DNA of 64,000 nucleotides, from contig CM007989.1 in the NCBI GenBank assembly GCA_002189035.1, positions 1,426,001-1,490,000 of the forward strand. The letters are read 5' to 3'. The stretch is from Utricularia gibba (taxonomy: Eukaryota > Plantae > Magnoliophyta). This document shows, piece after piece, positions 38,900-51,934 of the stretch. Positions within the stretch are counted from its first letter, which is position 1. The number at the start of each line of letters is the position of its first letter. The translations under genes were made by a program, and so were the position numbers. The notes beneath the pieces are model-generated. The model was given only the letters and a program-made list of their open reading frames with translations. It did not search any database and was not told the DNA's origin.

Positions 38900-41800
38900 T
38901 TTGATCCTTTTTTTCCCACAAGTACAAAAATGTCCCTTCACTTCCAAGTGAACATTCAGTTGATTTCTTTGATGAATTCTATTTTTTTTTGTTTTGTTTT
39001 TAACCATATTAGGGTTTTCTAGCTACTATTTTTACCTTGTTTCATTTACCCTACTTTTTGCTCACTTTTGACACGTCATAACACCAAAGCAACCAAAAGA
39101 ATCTACCCTAAAAAGCACCGGCAGTAACATACGGTGAAAACACCAAATGCTCCACCCATGAAGTTTCTAGCTCGATTTATCACCTTCTACCCTAAACCGC
39201 TTTCTATAAGATAAAAATCCCTCCAAATTTCGTGTTCATTTCCAAATGTTCCAATACTACTATCATTCTACAACATCAGAGACATCCTTGAATCCGAGCT
39301 TATTTCATGAATCTTGTGCGATCGGATCGTGATTCATTTCTTTTCATAACATGTATTTGTGTTTGGAAACTATGTAGAATTACTAACATTTTTTTGTTAG
39401 AATTATACAATTTCTGACCACACACACCATTGGTGATGGAAAGAGCCATTGAAGGGGGATACTTTTGTTTGGAAAATGCAGTATTTTATAATGAGAGTTT
39501 AATAGAAGAAAAAAATGATGAATTTGCATCTAAAATGAATAAAAAAAAGAATCATTTATTGAGGGGGCAATTGAAGATAGGGATGGGGACATCAAATGAG
39601 ACTTAAATAGCCGGAAAGCAAGAACATTAAATTCATGGCCATAGCGAAAGCGATTGGCTTCAAGTTGTTGTAGTAAACTACGTGGTATTACCATAACTCA
39701 CACATCCTCCTTAGAGCCACATGCTTGCTGCCTTCACATGCATATTAGCATCGGACTCACCCTTTTCTCCACCCTCTTCTTCCCTCCCCTCCCATTCCTT
39801 ATAATCTTGATGTAGTGACGATATCCCACATTGATTAGTAACAACGAAAAGTATGTACTTAAATGGAAAAACCTTCTTAATTTACATGAGGTATTTTTGT
39901 CGAAAAATTGAAAATGAAAATAAGAATAAAGAAACCATGAATGATCAGTTTTGTAAATCACTTCTTTTTTTTGAAGATTTGAGTTCATGGCTATCCTTCC
40001 GACCAATGGGATTCCGAATTTCAGCAACGTCACTGTCGAAGGCTAATTCTTTTTAGAAAATGCGACTGGGATTGCAAGTGTGTGAAGGCTGGCAGTGAGA
40101 GCTACTTGTGTTGGAAAAAAAAATACTGGTTTTACGAAGCATAAGGGGATGGCGGGCTGGCATAAGGATGACCTGGATGGCAGAATCCGGGGAGGTCCCC
40201 CGATTCATGTGCCCATTTCCTTCATCCTTGAAAGGGAAGAGGTTTCCTTTGATGCTCAATCATTCCTTCATGCATACTATGATGATTTATTGGGTCTAAT
40301 TCTCCTTCTCTTCTCTTTAATCTGGCCACCAAAGTGCAGATAGGATGGGCACAGGATTCAGATTCTCGGCAGGTTTTTTCATGATCGGGATGCCGGAATC
40401 CAATCGGAGAACGGCGGATCGGGTTAGCCCCAGAGCGAGAGAGAGCATGTGACGTGTAGCGATCGGACAACAAGGCGTGAGGGACTTGAATGACCGCCGC
40501 TCACACACAATTGTACTTGTGACAAGGATCGATGTGCATTGGTTTTTTACACGACCCTAGAAACAAACCATAGAAAATCTGACCACATCAGAAATTTGCT
40601 CTTAATTTTTTTGTGTAAAATCTATTTTCACTACCAAAAAATTGGTCTTTACTCTAATGATTTTTCAAATATTAGAAATTATTTGTTCTCTTGATGTTGA
40701 ATTATTCATTATTAGTGATTTATAATTTTTTATATACTTAAATATTTTACTTTTAAATATTAATGTGATATTATAAAGTCATAAATCGATCTTATACCAT
40801 TTCATCTTGAATGTAGATATTAAAACAAATAATCTCATATTAGGAAATGAAATTGAAATAATAAAATACATAAGATCATTTCATTTGTGTTATAACGAGG
40901 ATCCATGACATGTGGGGAACCGAAACAGAAATTCTGAGTCCATAAATGTGAGATTTTTAGGACATGGGATAGATACTCTTGTTATAACATATGGTTGGAT
41001 GAAAAATAATATGATAAAACTTAACTTATTATTCCGTCGCCATCCAACCCTCCGGGTTCTTGAGTTTCAAGGCTCCCTCCCTCTTTAATGGCGGTGCCTG
41101 CAAATCAACCTTAAAATATGTACCGCACCATGTCCGCACCCCATCATGCCATGGGAAAAGGAGGCTGTCCTCCAAATGGAAGGTTTTCCTTTTTCAGGGA
41201 CGAGAGTGCAAATGCAGAGTAATGTAGAGGTCAAACTGCAATTATTTTTCCCTAATGCCAGTCCATGCATTATTGTAGAAGCAACCAACATCGATCGCGG
41301 GTTGGCATTGCCATGTCACATGTGGCGGGCCCCACCCTTGAAAATGTCTCCGACGCAGCAAAGAATTCTTCCATTTCTTAACAAAAGCCTTCCTCAATAT
41401 TCACCAGCGGATCTTACGTGTCCATAAGCGCGACAAAATTAATTTTAAATATTAAAATTTAATGTGAGAGTCAGAAATTTATTATAATTAATTTTAAAAT
41501 CAAATTTTAGTATTTTTAAAAATCTTACTATTAGTAATATTTTTTTTTACTAATAACCGCCCCTGTCAATACTTGAAATTCCAAAAAATACTTCTTTATC
41601 GCATTTGGTTCAATAACCGATCAAATCTGGAGGAAAATATTTGCATTTCATCGAAATCCAATGTTATGAAAAATTTCGATGAAATTTCACTGAAATTTAA
41701 AGCAAGAAAGGGTATTTCACATTCACTTTGGTTTAGGGACCACCCCATGCAAGAAAATAAAATATAATTAATAATAATGATAATAAATGCAATTTGATTA

Positions 41801-43286
41801 GATGCTCTAAACACATCTTAATCCAGACTTAATTCATGGATGCTGCACAAGATTCCCTCCCATCCGAAACTCATATTTCTTGATTAATGATTTTTGCGAA
41901 TCTGACACCTTCGTTAATTTCCAATAAAATTTTTACCAAACTGTTTTGTATGCATTTTTCATGAAGAAGGTCAACGTCTCGTCAAAAATCCATAGTCAAC
42001 GAGGAGATAATCATTTTCTTTTTTTGGTAGCTCTAAATTTTCTGAAAAATTATAATTACAACAGGAGTAATATCGTGCTTACTATCATAATAAATACATT
42101 GGAATGTTTGGTATACTAATTAATTAAAAATATAAAAATCCATTTGATATATATTTTATACTAATATGTAGTTTAAAATGTTATCGTATTTAATAAATCT
42201 CTTTAAGAAACCCATATGAAAAAAGCGTAATTAAAAATGCTTTTTGTTTCTATTAAAAAAATAGAGGGAATTATAGTGGAATATTTTATTAAAGCAATAA
42301 ATTAAAATGATGATGAAGTAGGTAGAGTTTTGATGGAATTTGTACACCGAGCATTAAATCCCATCAATTATAAGCCACAAAATTAGCTTTTGCTCCGCAT
42401 CATGTGGTAATCATTTTTTAAGAGCTTAGAGATGGGATTAGCAGGTAATTAACCGCTAATCAGGAAAACGCAGACAAAAACCGAATCGGATTCCATCGAT
42501 TTTTATGAATTATTTATATTAATTGATAAAAAAAATGTTGTTTAAATTAAAGCATGAGGGCAGTAGGGACAAGATATCAATTTCGAATTTATTTTGCGAA
42601 AGCTACATTTCCAATTCCATCCAACATTTTCTTTTTTATAATTTTATTGCAGTATTTAATTCTGGACTATGTTTGGGAGTGGAGGAGGGGTAGGGGCTGC
42701 TTCCTGCTTTTTGTAATAATGCCCATTATTATTTATTTATATATATAAAGAACCCCCCTTTCTCTCTCTCTATAGATACACATGTTTGTATATATTATAA
42801 ATATTAATTAAAGTGAGGGTAATAATTAGGATGAAAGGGATGTTACGTGATGATCGAAACTGTGGATTCTCCGCAAATAATTTTTACTGTAAGGTGGCGT
42901 AAGGTGGTAGTGGATGGCCACACTACGTGTTCCTTGACGGACCCTGGGGTCTACATCCCTAGGGTTGATTATTCCTTTCCTGAAAAAAGAAAAAAATTAT
43001 ATTAAATTGGGCCTTAGGACGATAGCCCAAGAAGGTTGTACCTGTTGGGCCAAGGCCCTCAACCCAAATGTTAGATCTAAAAACACAATTCAAATGCTGC
43101 TTCCGCACCAGTTTTTTTTAATATAAAAGATATTCCTTCCCTCTATTCTCTGCACTGCGTCCATTTAAAGGCTGGGCATTGGCCGTCGTCTCTGTTCCTC
43201 GGAATCATCGAGCCCCAAAGACGCAATCTTTAGGGAAAATAGTTAGAGCCCCTTCTGTCAGACGATTTTGGGCGTGGTGATCATCG

Positions 43287-43990
43287 ATGGAGTTTGCTTT
43301 GCGAATCAGTAGTCTTCCAGGGCCCAAGATTTCGCACTCTTATTTGCAGGGGAATGGCAAGCTTCTTCCTAGGTCCGTCTTTGGTTCTGGTTCTGGCGCA
43401 GCTATCCGGGTTTGTTCTTTTGATTCTTGTCTTTATTTAAACAGCTTTATGCTTTTAAATGGGTTGTCGACTTGTAACTTCAGCAAATCTGGCTGTTGAG
43501 TTTATTGAGAATTTGAGAGGCCTAGTAATGCGATGTCACTTCTCTGGGCAATTGTAAATGGCTATAGGATGTTGCATTATACTGCAGGTTCAAGGCGTGA
43601 CTTGTGATAATGGTGGCCTTCAGAAACGTAGAAGCAGTGTCGAATCACCACTATTTCGCTATGATACGCCGATTCCGGAGGAAATAATCGAGAAGCCAGT
43701 TGGGTTATTGCTGCCTGAAAAAAATGTTGAAAAAGATTTCCGTTGCCCAAGTTGCCAAGCTAAGGGGGCAGTTCTTTGTGCCACATGTTCTGGATCAGGC
43801 CTGTACATAGACTCTATAATGGAGAGTCAAGGGATCATTGTGAAAGTTAGATGTTTAGGTAACTTCATGTACATTCCCATGACCGAGGTCATTACAGATG
43901 CTTTTATCATCTCAAATTTGTTTGTTATGCAGGTTGTGGGGGACTGGAAATATAATGTGTTCTGAATGTGGAGGCCGTGGTCATATCTGA
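43287..43990 (+). CDS. DnaJ/Hsp40 cysteine-rich (zinc-finger) domain protein, probably plastid-targeted; one apparent -1 frameshift
   Basis: Exons 43287-43409, 43588-43858, 43933-43990. CPSCQAKGAVLCATCSGSGLYIDSIMESQGIIVKVRCLGCGGTGNIMCSECGGRGHI if G5 at 43938-43942 is read as G6. Confidence 0.85.
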
Positions 43991-44271
43991 CCCGGGATAC
44001 AAGATTTTTCCTGCTGGCCATTCCGTAGGAAAATGCTTGGTATTTTCAATCTTTTCCTGTTATTGTAAGGCCATGATCCTCATTTGTACATCAACAAATT
44101 CAAGTCAATGGGTAGTCTGTTTATGTAATGATACAAATGCTTCTTCTTTGTGATTTTCTTGATGCGGAAGACAGAAGTATCTTTCTGCTTCAGTGGTTCG
44201 CTTCTGTGCTCTGTACATGCCATAGGAAACCAGAATGTGTTTTGGATCCTTCTTTGAATTTCTTGTGAATG

Positions 44272-45635
44272 CTATGCGCGTGATAGTCGTTGTAACTTAG
44301 CCATGTAATCCGGTATGGTGTTGTCAAACTGCTGGCTTCTTGGATTCTCTGCGTATGTTACATAATATGCTGTAACACTTGCTTGTATCCATGCCATTGC
44401 TACCCTAACCTGCAAGTATCGAGAAACTCAACAAAGATTATGCTTCCTTCATGTATATGATACAGGCGTATTGGATTGAGATTTGAGTCCATACCGTGAA
44501 GTATCCAGTCACGAATGCATATATGGTTGCCTCTGCTGCATATCTCTTGTGCATGAACAGTGCCCAAATTCCGGCCACCAGTGCGCATGCAGATCCCCTA
44601 AAATGCCGGAAAAGAAGCAGAAAACTCCAGTCAGGTCAGAATCAATCAGCTTTTCTATCCCAACTCTTCTGAAAATTTCCCATGTATCACATGTTGCTTG
44701 CACAATCCCTTTGTTATACACTCCCAAGTGTACAAACCCCCATACGTTCCCATACTCTATGGTTCTCAATGCAACTCCTGCACAGCAGTTTGCACATGAG
44801 AACATGAACTCATCCGTATCCCCTGAAATCAAACTCACACCCCGAGCAAAACCCCGTATCACATCGAGAACAGGAATGATAGCTGAGCTGATGCATATAC
44901 TCCAGAATGAATGTTTTGCTGAAGCCCGTAGCACAACCTTGAAATCTGGTTGCCCGCCACTTGCAAAGTGGATGTGTTTAATGTGAGAAACTATCACTTG
45001 TATCATGTTTCTGACTATCTGCATGGTCCATGTGAAGCTAACCATGATCAGGAAGATGAATGCATCATGGAGCTTTGTTCCGGTGGCTGTGGCTCCTCCG
45101 ATGGCTATCATCACAGCAAATATATAAAGTGCAGTAGCAACTAGTACTATGAACACCATTGCTGTGAGTTTTGGTGGGCGGTGTGCTACCGAAACTGCTA
45201 GAATCTTTCCAGCATGCTCAAATCTGGGGATACCCAACAGGCATACAGGGCTTGTAAAACTGAAGACACCATGGCAACAGCTGCAACTGCTAAGCCCACC
45301 GGAGTCTCTACGGCGATAAGCAGAACCCCGTATGCAAGGGTAAGAAGAGGACTTAACCAGAAAGTAGTTCGAAGAGTTCTGGAGGGATATCTGCCTGTAA
45401 ATGCTTGCCATAGGAATCCAAGGATCCCTGCGCAAGCAGTTGATGAGGAAATCCGCAGGCTCCACTTCTTCGGATCGAACTTACGCCTCCGATATGCCGG
45501 TAGCGTATCATGGAATGTGAGAACAACCGCCAGGACCATGATGAGGAGAATGTTTCCCCAGAAGAGCACCTGGCAAAACTTGTTTCCAGCCTTCCGTTCC
45601 CGCCCCATTTTCACCGGCAAGACATCCACAGTTTC
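44272..45635 (-). CDS. Plasma-membrane choline transporter-like (CTL/PNS1 family) protein; two apparent -1 frameshifts
   Basis: Multi-TM coding segments 45635-44495 and 44409-44272 (GDTDEFMFSCANCC, NVWGFVHLGVYNKGIVQAT, LIDSDLTGVFCF, VTAYYVTYAENP). Frame shifts at G4 45226-45229 and C4 44595-44598. Further 5' exon(s), possibly up to about 46084, could not be resolved. Confidence 0.82.
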
Positions 45636-47582
45636 CTGTATACCAACTGAAGTCAAAAGAAGCATGCCTAGTTGTTGATCAGTGATTGAGAAAACAACAT
45701 GATCAGTGCGGCATCTATTTCGCTAGCTAGCTATTCCCAGAGAAACACCGATGAACAAGGGGATGACTACAAAAATGCATTATAAGAAGAAGAAGAAGAG
45801 AAACCTCCTTCGCAGAAGGAAGAGACCGGCTTGAAGCTTGAGACGCCATTTTTCAACCCAGGAATCTCCTCAGGTGCTCCGCACTTCTGTGACCCTGTTC
45901 CTTGTACGCTGCTAAAAGGACAGCATATGGGGGAAAGGGAGTGGAATTTACCCAGAAACACCTGCCTTTCAGAGTCAAACACACCGCTGTGAGTGTAAGC
46001 ACATACAGGCGGACTGGAGGGGGATGATCGATCATTCATACATTCATTCACCTGCTTCCATTGACCAGGTCCTTCCCCTCCCATTTAAAGCTTCCATACG
46101 AAGTGAATGATGAAGATGCACAAAAGGTAAAGAAAGTCAGCAGCAGTGACGTGAACAAGAGGGTTGCTCCCCTTTATCCTTTATCCCCCTTTCATGATTC
46201 TTGTGATTCTGTTGAACTAAAACTCCCTCATCATCCCTACCTCTTCTTTTCCCTACCATTTATTTCACAACTGTTTTCACCCTCTTCTACAAGCAACAGT
46301 TGCTTTTTTTCCCCACCATATTTTCCATTGCAAGATAATTATTATTTTAGAAACTAAAACAAATTTCCAAAAAAAAAAAAAGTCCACACGCAATGGGCAG
46401 GAGTCGTTCGGTATTCTTATCCACTGGTCCGGAATCCTATTTGCACGACAGCAACTGTACTTGCAGATAGGTTCTGTTTAAAACAAAAGGAAAAAAACCT
46501 TCTTTTTTTAATAACTATTATTAGTGCCCTTTGCATAAATATCCTAACCACAAATAATATTTAAAAAATTAATTATGATAAAATATGGAGTTAAGTTTAA
46601 ACTCTCTTAAAATAAAATCAAGAGTGATTTATCTACGATTTAATTTTTTAACTAATTATTTTATTTTCTTATAAAGAAAATATCAAAACAATATTTTTTA
46701 AAAAAATAAGCGGTTCGATCATGATTTAAATCACGATTGAATTATTCAAATCACGAATTAATTATGAGTTATTCATGGTTTTTTTGGTTATTTAAAATAA
46801 TGATTATAATCCATTAAAAATTGGGTTGTTTTATTCGTGTGACGCAAGTATCCAATCTACTGGCGAAAGAGATATGACGGTTGATCCAGACAACGGTCTC
46901 GTAACAACTGTTATTTATTTATGGGAAATATTTAAATAATATAATATTTTATTTGCAAGATTAGATTTTCTTAAAGATTGCATGATGTATCGAATCTTTA
47001 AAACAGAGATTAAACAAAAAAATCATGATTAATTAATTAATATTATGATTTTTAGTCACAATAAAATGATTTAATTAGTCAAAGGACGTTTAATTTTTAA
47101 ATTAAATGATTAAATTGCGGAAGACTATGGCCATGGTATTATGGCATGTGTATTGATAGTTGAGATACACGCGCGATACGAGAGAATGCATGATTTTTAA
47201 CAGCAGGATCTTGGGGTTTGAATGGGAATAAATAGGAGTTGAGGGGTGGGAAGTGAATTCTGAAACCCCTGCATATCACCCTCGCCACCTTCCTTCGACG
47301 TAGCCATTCATGATTCTCTCTTTCCGGGGCTTCTGAAACCCCGAAGTTGATTCCTTTCAGCTGCGTAACCAATAGCCTGCTGCGCTTCTTCATCGCCTGG
47401 GGAAACGGGGAACGATTTTCACGGTAAGTTCTCTGCATTGGGATTCTGGCTTCGTATCTTCTTGTTTGATCATTGTTTTATAAGCCCTTCGGAACTAATC
47501 TGCATTGGTTTTATCCCTTTTGTTCCTGTTCTTTGTTTCTTACGATAAAGTTTTGATTTTGCGTTCTTGCTTGTGTTCCCTG

Positions 47583-49932
47583 ATGGAAGTTGTTTATTCC
47601 AAGGTATACTTGGGAGAATTGAGATCAAAGTTAGGGTTTTACGGAGGTCATCAGCAATGTTTCAGTGGGTGGCAAACTTTATGGGGAGTAAAAAAAATGC
47701 CATCTCATTTGCTCTGGGGATAATTAGTGTATTGAGCTGGGGTGTCGCTGAAGTCCCTCAAATCATTACCAACTTCAAGAGAAAATCTGCTGAAGGACTC
47801 TCCATAATCTTTCTTTTCACTTGGATATTAGGGTATGCCTATCTTCACTGTTCTCTCTTTCTTCACTTGATTTGATTTCAGTATGATACAAAGCTTCACA
47901 GAGTACATCTGCTGCAGCATTTAGATTGCTAATGTGTTGCGAGTATTTATCATCAAGTGACTGCTTCATGTTACTTGTGTATTCTATTGCAGGGACCTGT
48001 TTAACGTTTTTGGCTGCCTTGTGGAACCTGCTACGGTAAGTCTGTCGAATTCATTACACGTATTGCTAAAAGATGGGATAATGGCTGTAGTATTTCAATT
48101 CTTCTTTGCCGTGAAAATACCACCTGGAACCCCTTACAAGGGTTCACATCCCTATTTTTGAAAAGTTTCGTAGTGTAGTAGAGTGCTTGCATCTGGAGTC
48201 ATTTTAGAAGCTTGATGCACCATGTTCTCATTGCAAATATGTGGTACTATTTACTGATTCATGAAACTTGGTTTTGCAGCTTCCAACCCAATATTATACT
48301 GCGGTGGTATGAGTATTCTTCCTAGAGTTGTTCTTTCTATTTCAACTGTGTTATTATTGCTCAACTCTCATAACTGTCTGATTGCAGTTGTATACTGTGA
48401 CGACCTTTATTCTCGCCTCGCAGTCTCTATACTATGCACATATTTTTCCACGAATGAAGTCTACCAAGAAGCAGCATGAGGTTGGCATCAAAAGCTTGTT
48501 GCTTGCATTCATCACCCTGTTGAAACCGTAGGCTAAATAAGGGAACCATTAACTAGGAAAAAGTTCTGGTTGATGTATTTCAGGAATCAGAAGCTGATGC
48601 TCTGATGCCAAAGAGAGAGGATGACTATGAACCTGTTGCAGAGGGATGTCGATTTACTCCAGCCTCACCTATTCCTCTTCCATCTGTTTCTTCTGAAACA
48701 GCCAAAGACCTATATTTCATGTCCCACATCCTAGACTTTACCTTCGATTTTGTTTTGTTTTTTTCTGCTTCATCCATTATCAGGCGATGCATTTCTGAAA
48801 GTAGCTTCAATGTTATCCAGGTCCGCAAGATCATTGACATTGAGCAAAACACCCCAAATGGGATCTTCCACACCTACAAGAGGCACTCCAGACGTTGGGA
48901 TAAATTCACTTGGACAACCATTGCTTAATGATGTCCCCACATTGCAATCTGCCCCTCTTCCTATAAACAAGGCCATGCTAAGTGTGGTGAGACTCTTGCC
49001 TTCTTTCTGGGCTCATATAAGCTTTAACAAGGTTAACCAATTCGCTATTCCGTGTGTCTGATGCCTCTAACTTCAGGTCTCATTGGTGTGCGTCCTTAGC
49101 ATAGTGGAAACCAGTAGAACGTACTTACCAATTGGTAGTCCAGAAAGGCACATTTTGAGGCCAGAGGAAAGACTACTTATGGAGGTAAAATTGGCAGTAA
49201 AGTTGAATGATTTACACAGTGCTTTTACCCTGCTTCATTATATCAAATATGCAGGGAACTGGAGGTACAGCAGAAAGTATTTTAGCTGGTAGGAGCAGTG
49301 GCATTGGATCAATGCTTGGTTGGGGAATGACAGCTATCTATTTAGGAGGACGACTGCCTCAAATTTTCCTAAACGTAATTCCCATTTGATTCTTCAGACA
49401 CTGCTACTATTCCATTCTCTAACTCCAATTTTCTTTGTTTCTCCTCTTCCATTTCCACAGTTCAGAAGGGGAAACGCAGAGGTATTTTTGATGCTCCTCC
49501 ATTGTTTTCAACCATAAAGTATCTCTAAAATTGAGTGTTCTAAGAATCTTAGTATTGGCAGGGCTTAAATCCACTGATGTTCATCTTCGCCCTGGTGGGA
49601 AACATCACATATGTGGCAAGGTGAGCAAGCATCCATCCCATGCTTTAGTTTCCTTGCTCTCACATCCCTTTTTTCGTTTCAGCATTCTTGTTAGAAGCAG
49701 ATCCTGGTCCAAAGTTCGACCGAATCTTCCCTGGATCATTGATGCCTCAGGATGCGTGTTCCTCGACATTCTCGTATCCTTTTACACTCAACATCAGTGA
49801 ACAAAGGTACCCCCATTGCTGCCTGCGTATCCTTAACAAACTGCGCAGATTCTTTTGCAGTTCATTTACTACCGGTATCGACAACAAAGGAGAACGGCAA
49901 GCACGCATACCCATACTACAGTTCTTGTTTGA
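47583..49932 (+). CDS. PQ-loop repeat vacuolar amino-acid transporter (YPQ-like)
   Basis: Twelve exons (47583/47657-47832, 47993-48035, 48280-48306, 48388-48480, 48584-48720, 48821-48986, 49077-49184, 49255-49374, 49461-49481, 49562-49620, 49683-49773, 49849-49932). Two PQ loops (SWGVAEVPQIITNF; IYLGGRLPQIFLNFRRG) and EGLNPLMFIFALVGNITY. Start codon uncertain. Confidence 0.88.
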
Positions 49933-50246
49933 CGACCCCAAGATTAGCCAAAAGGAAGAAGAAAATTTGTTCTGCACCATCTCTGAGTTTTTAGATTTCG
50001 TCAAGGACCTGCTATAGGGATTTTTTTGTTTACAGTTCATATATTTAAGAAGATCAAAAAAGTAGTGCCAGTGCATACCTTCGAGACTTAAGCAAAAACA
50101 CGACACATAACAAAACTAGCAGAAAGCTTTATCTCCCCCTCATAACATAAAGTTTGTAGTTAACTCGCATTGTCACCGAGGAGGAACTCCAAGTTTAAAT
50201 GGAAGAAGAAAGCAATTGCTATTTGTAGTTGGACCAGCCACAACTT

Positions 50247-50498
50247 CTGGAGTCTCCTTTTCATCTCTCGAGGATGGCATATCCCTCACTTGTCCCTCCG
50301 GTAGGGGTAGCATCATCTGTATATCCTCCGTCAGAAGAACCGTCAGCCTCCCCGGAAGTGCTGCATATGGTGCTACCAAAGGTACATAACACAATATGTT
50401 ACTAGTTCTTCATCATCAACTCAGGGGCAATGGATCAACTCAGCAGAAACTTGGCTTGTGAGTGGGCAAAGGATAAGATCAGGGTTAAAGCAATTTGA
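50247..50498 (+). pseudogene. Decayed partial duplicate of the adjacent tropinone reductase-like gene (exon 3-intron-exon 4)
   Basis: Aligns by eye with 51166-51478: [13 protein letters not shown]...SGRGSII...YGATK|gtacataaca...cag|[24 protein letters not shown]. Carries a frameshift, a 43-nt intron and a premature TGA. Confidence 0.85.
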
Positions 50499-50618
50499 TG
50501 TACATTGAATAAAATCCTGGGCCGTTGAAAAAATATAACCTTTAAAAAAATGAATCATTTTCATTGAGCCTGGAAGCATCTTTATTACAGAAGGTGAGAG
50601 CTCTGAATCGAACCAGCA

Positions 50619-51767
50619 ATGGAAGAAGGCAGTCGCAGACAAAAGAGATGGAGTCTTCAAGGGATGTGCGCTCTTGTAACCGGTGGCTCAAGAGGAATAG
50701 GGTCAGTCTTTTTTCTCCCCAGATCGAAATCTCGTAAACTGTGTTGAATTTGAAGAGGGTAATTGCTAGTTTTGTGGTGTGGATTTTGAAAGGTATACAA
50801 TAGTGGAGGAACTGGCTGGGCTTGGAGCCAGAGTTCATACTTGTGCAAGAACTAAGAGTGAGTTGGATCAAAGTGCACAAGAATGGAAAGCCAAGGGATT
50901 TGAGGTTACCACATCTGTTTGTGATTTATCTTCAACCGCGCAGCTGAAAGAACTCATTGAAACTATTGATTCACTCTTTCAAGGCAAACTTGATATTCTG
51001 GTGAGTTTCTACTTTCTTTTGATGGGTTTGTTTCACTATCCTTGATCTGCTAATGATACATGGGAACACCCCTTCTTCATCAGATAAACAATGCAGCAGT
51101 AGCACTTCCAAAACCGGCTCTAGAACACACTGAGGAAGATTTCTCCAACATCCTGAAAATCAACTTAGAGTCGCCTTTTCATCTCTCTAGAATGGCACAT
51201 CCCTTGCTCAAATCCTCAGGTAGGGGCAGCATCGTCTTCCTTTCCTCCGTCGGAGGAAGCATCGGCCTGCCATTGATTGCTGCATACGGTGCTTCCAAAG
51301 GTACATAACAGTAGCACACCATGTGTTACTGACCAGCATTGAGGCTAGAGTTTCAATGATGCACAAGCTACTATCTTGATAGATGACAGGCATTGTGTTC
51401 AATGTGGCACAGGAGGGATAAATCAACTTACAAGGAACTTGGCTTGTGAGTGGGCTAAAGATAATATCAGAGTGAATAGCATCTGTCCTTGGATTGTGAG
51501 GACAAGAATGGTAGAGGAACTAACTATTGAGCCTGTAAACTTGTACATGAATCAACTCAAATTGACAAGAAACCATCTTTTCAGGCTGCAAAAGATGAAG
51601 TCCTTGAAGCGTATGGATCAATGATGGCTCGAGCTCCTCTCCGTCCTGTGGGGGAACCCGACGAAATCTCACCGTTGGTAGCCTTCCTCTGCCTTCCGGC
51701 AGCGTCCTACATCACCGGCCAAGTCATGACAATTGATGGGGGATTCACTACTTGTATCTGTGGCTAG
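50619..51767 (+). CDS. Tropinone reductase-like short-chain dehydrogenase
   Basis: Exons 50619-50701, 50793-51000, 51084-51300, 51413-51534, 51585-51767 (270 aa). [24 protein letters not shown] catalytic motif, [31 protein letters not shown]. Confidence 0.93.
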
Positions 51768-51934
51768 TTTCATTCGACAATGCACCAATGAAATTGCTGT
51801 CTTTTTCAAGTGTTCTGTAACTTTACAAATACCCCCCCGTCTTTTTGAATATAAGGAATTCGCCCCGGTACTTATATGAAATACTCCTTCCTGTGAACAG
51901 AAGGAGCTCTACATTTCTGTGTCCTATCTTGACG

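Noticed and set aside
40202-40359. Long-range inverted repeat as a pre-miRNA
   Set aside because: The arms pair imperfectly (about 16 of 20) with a bulge and very asymmetric interior; no known mature miRNA is present.
40430-40450. miR535/156-like gagagagagca
   Set aside because: About six mismatches to miR535 and no hairpin partner; a simple GA repeat explains it.
42307-42352. C/D-box snoRNA candidate (ATGATGA...CCGA)
   Set aside because: Too short, the D box is non-canonical, and there is no terminal stem or recognisable rRNA guide.
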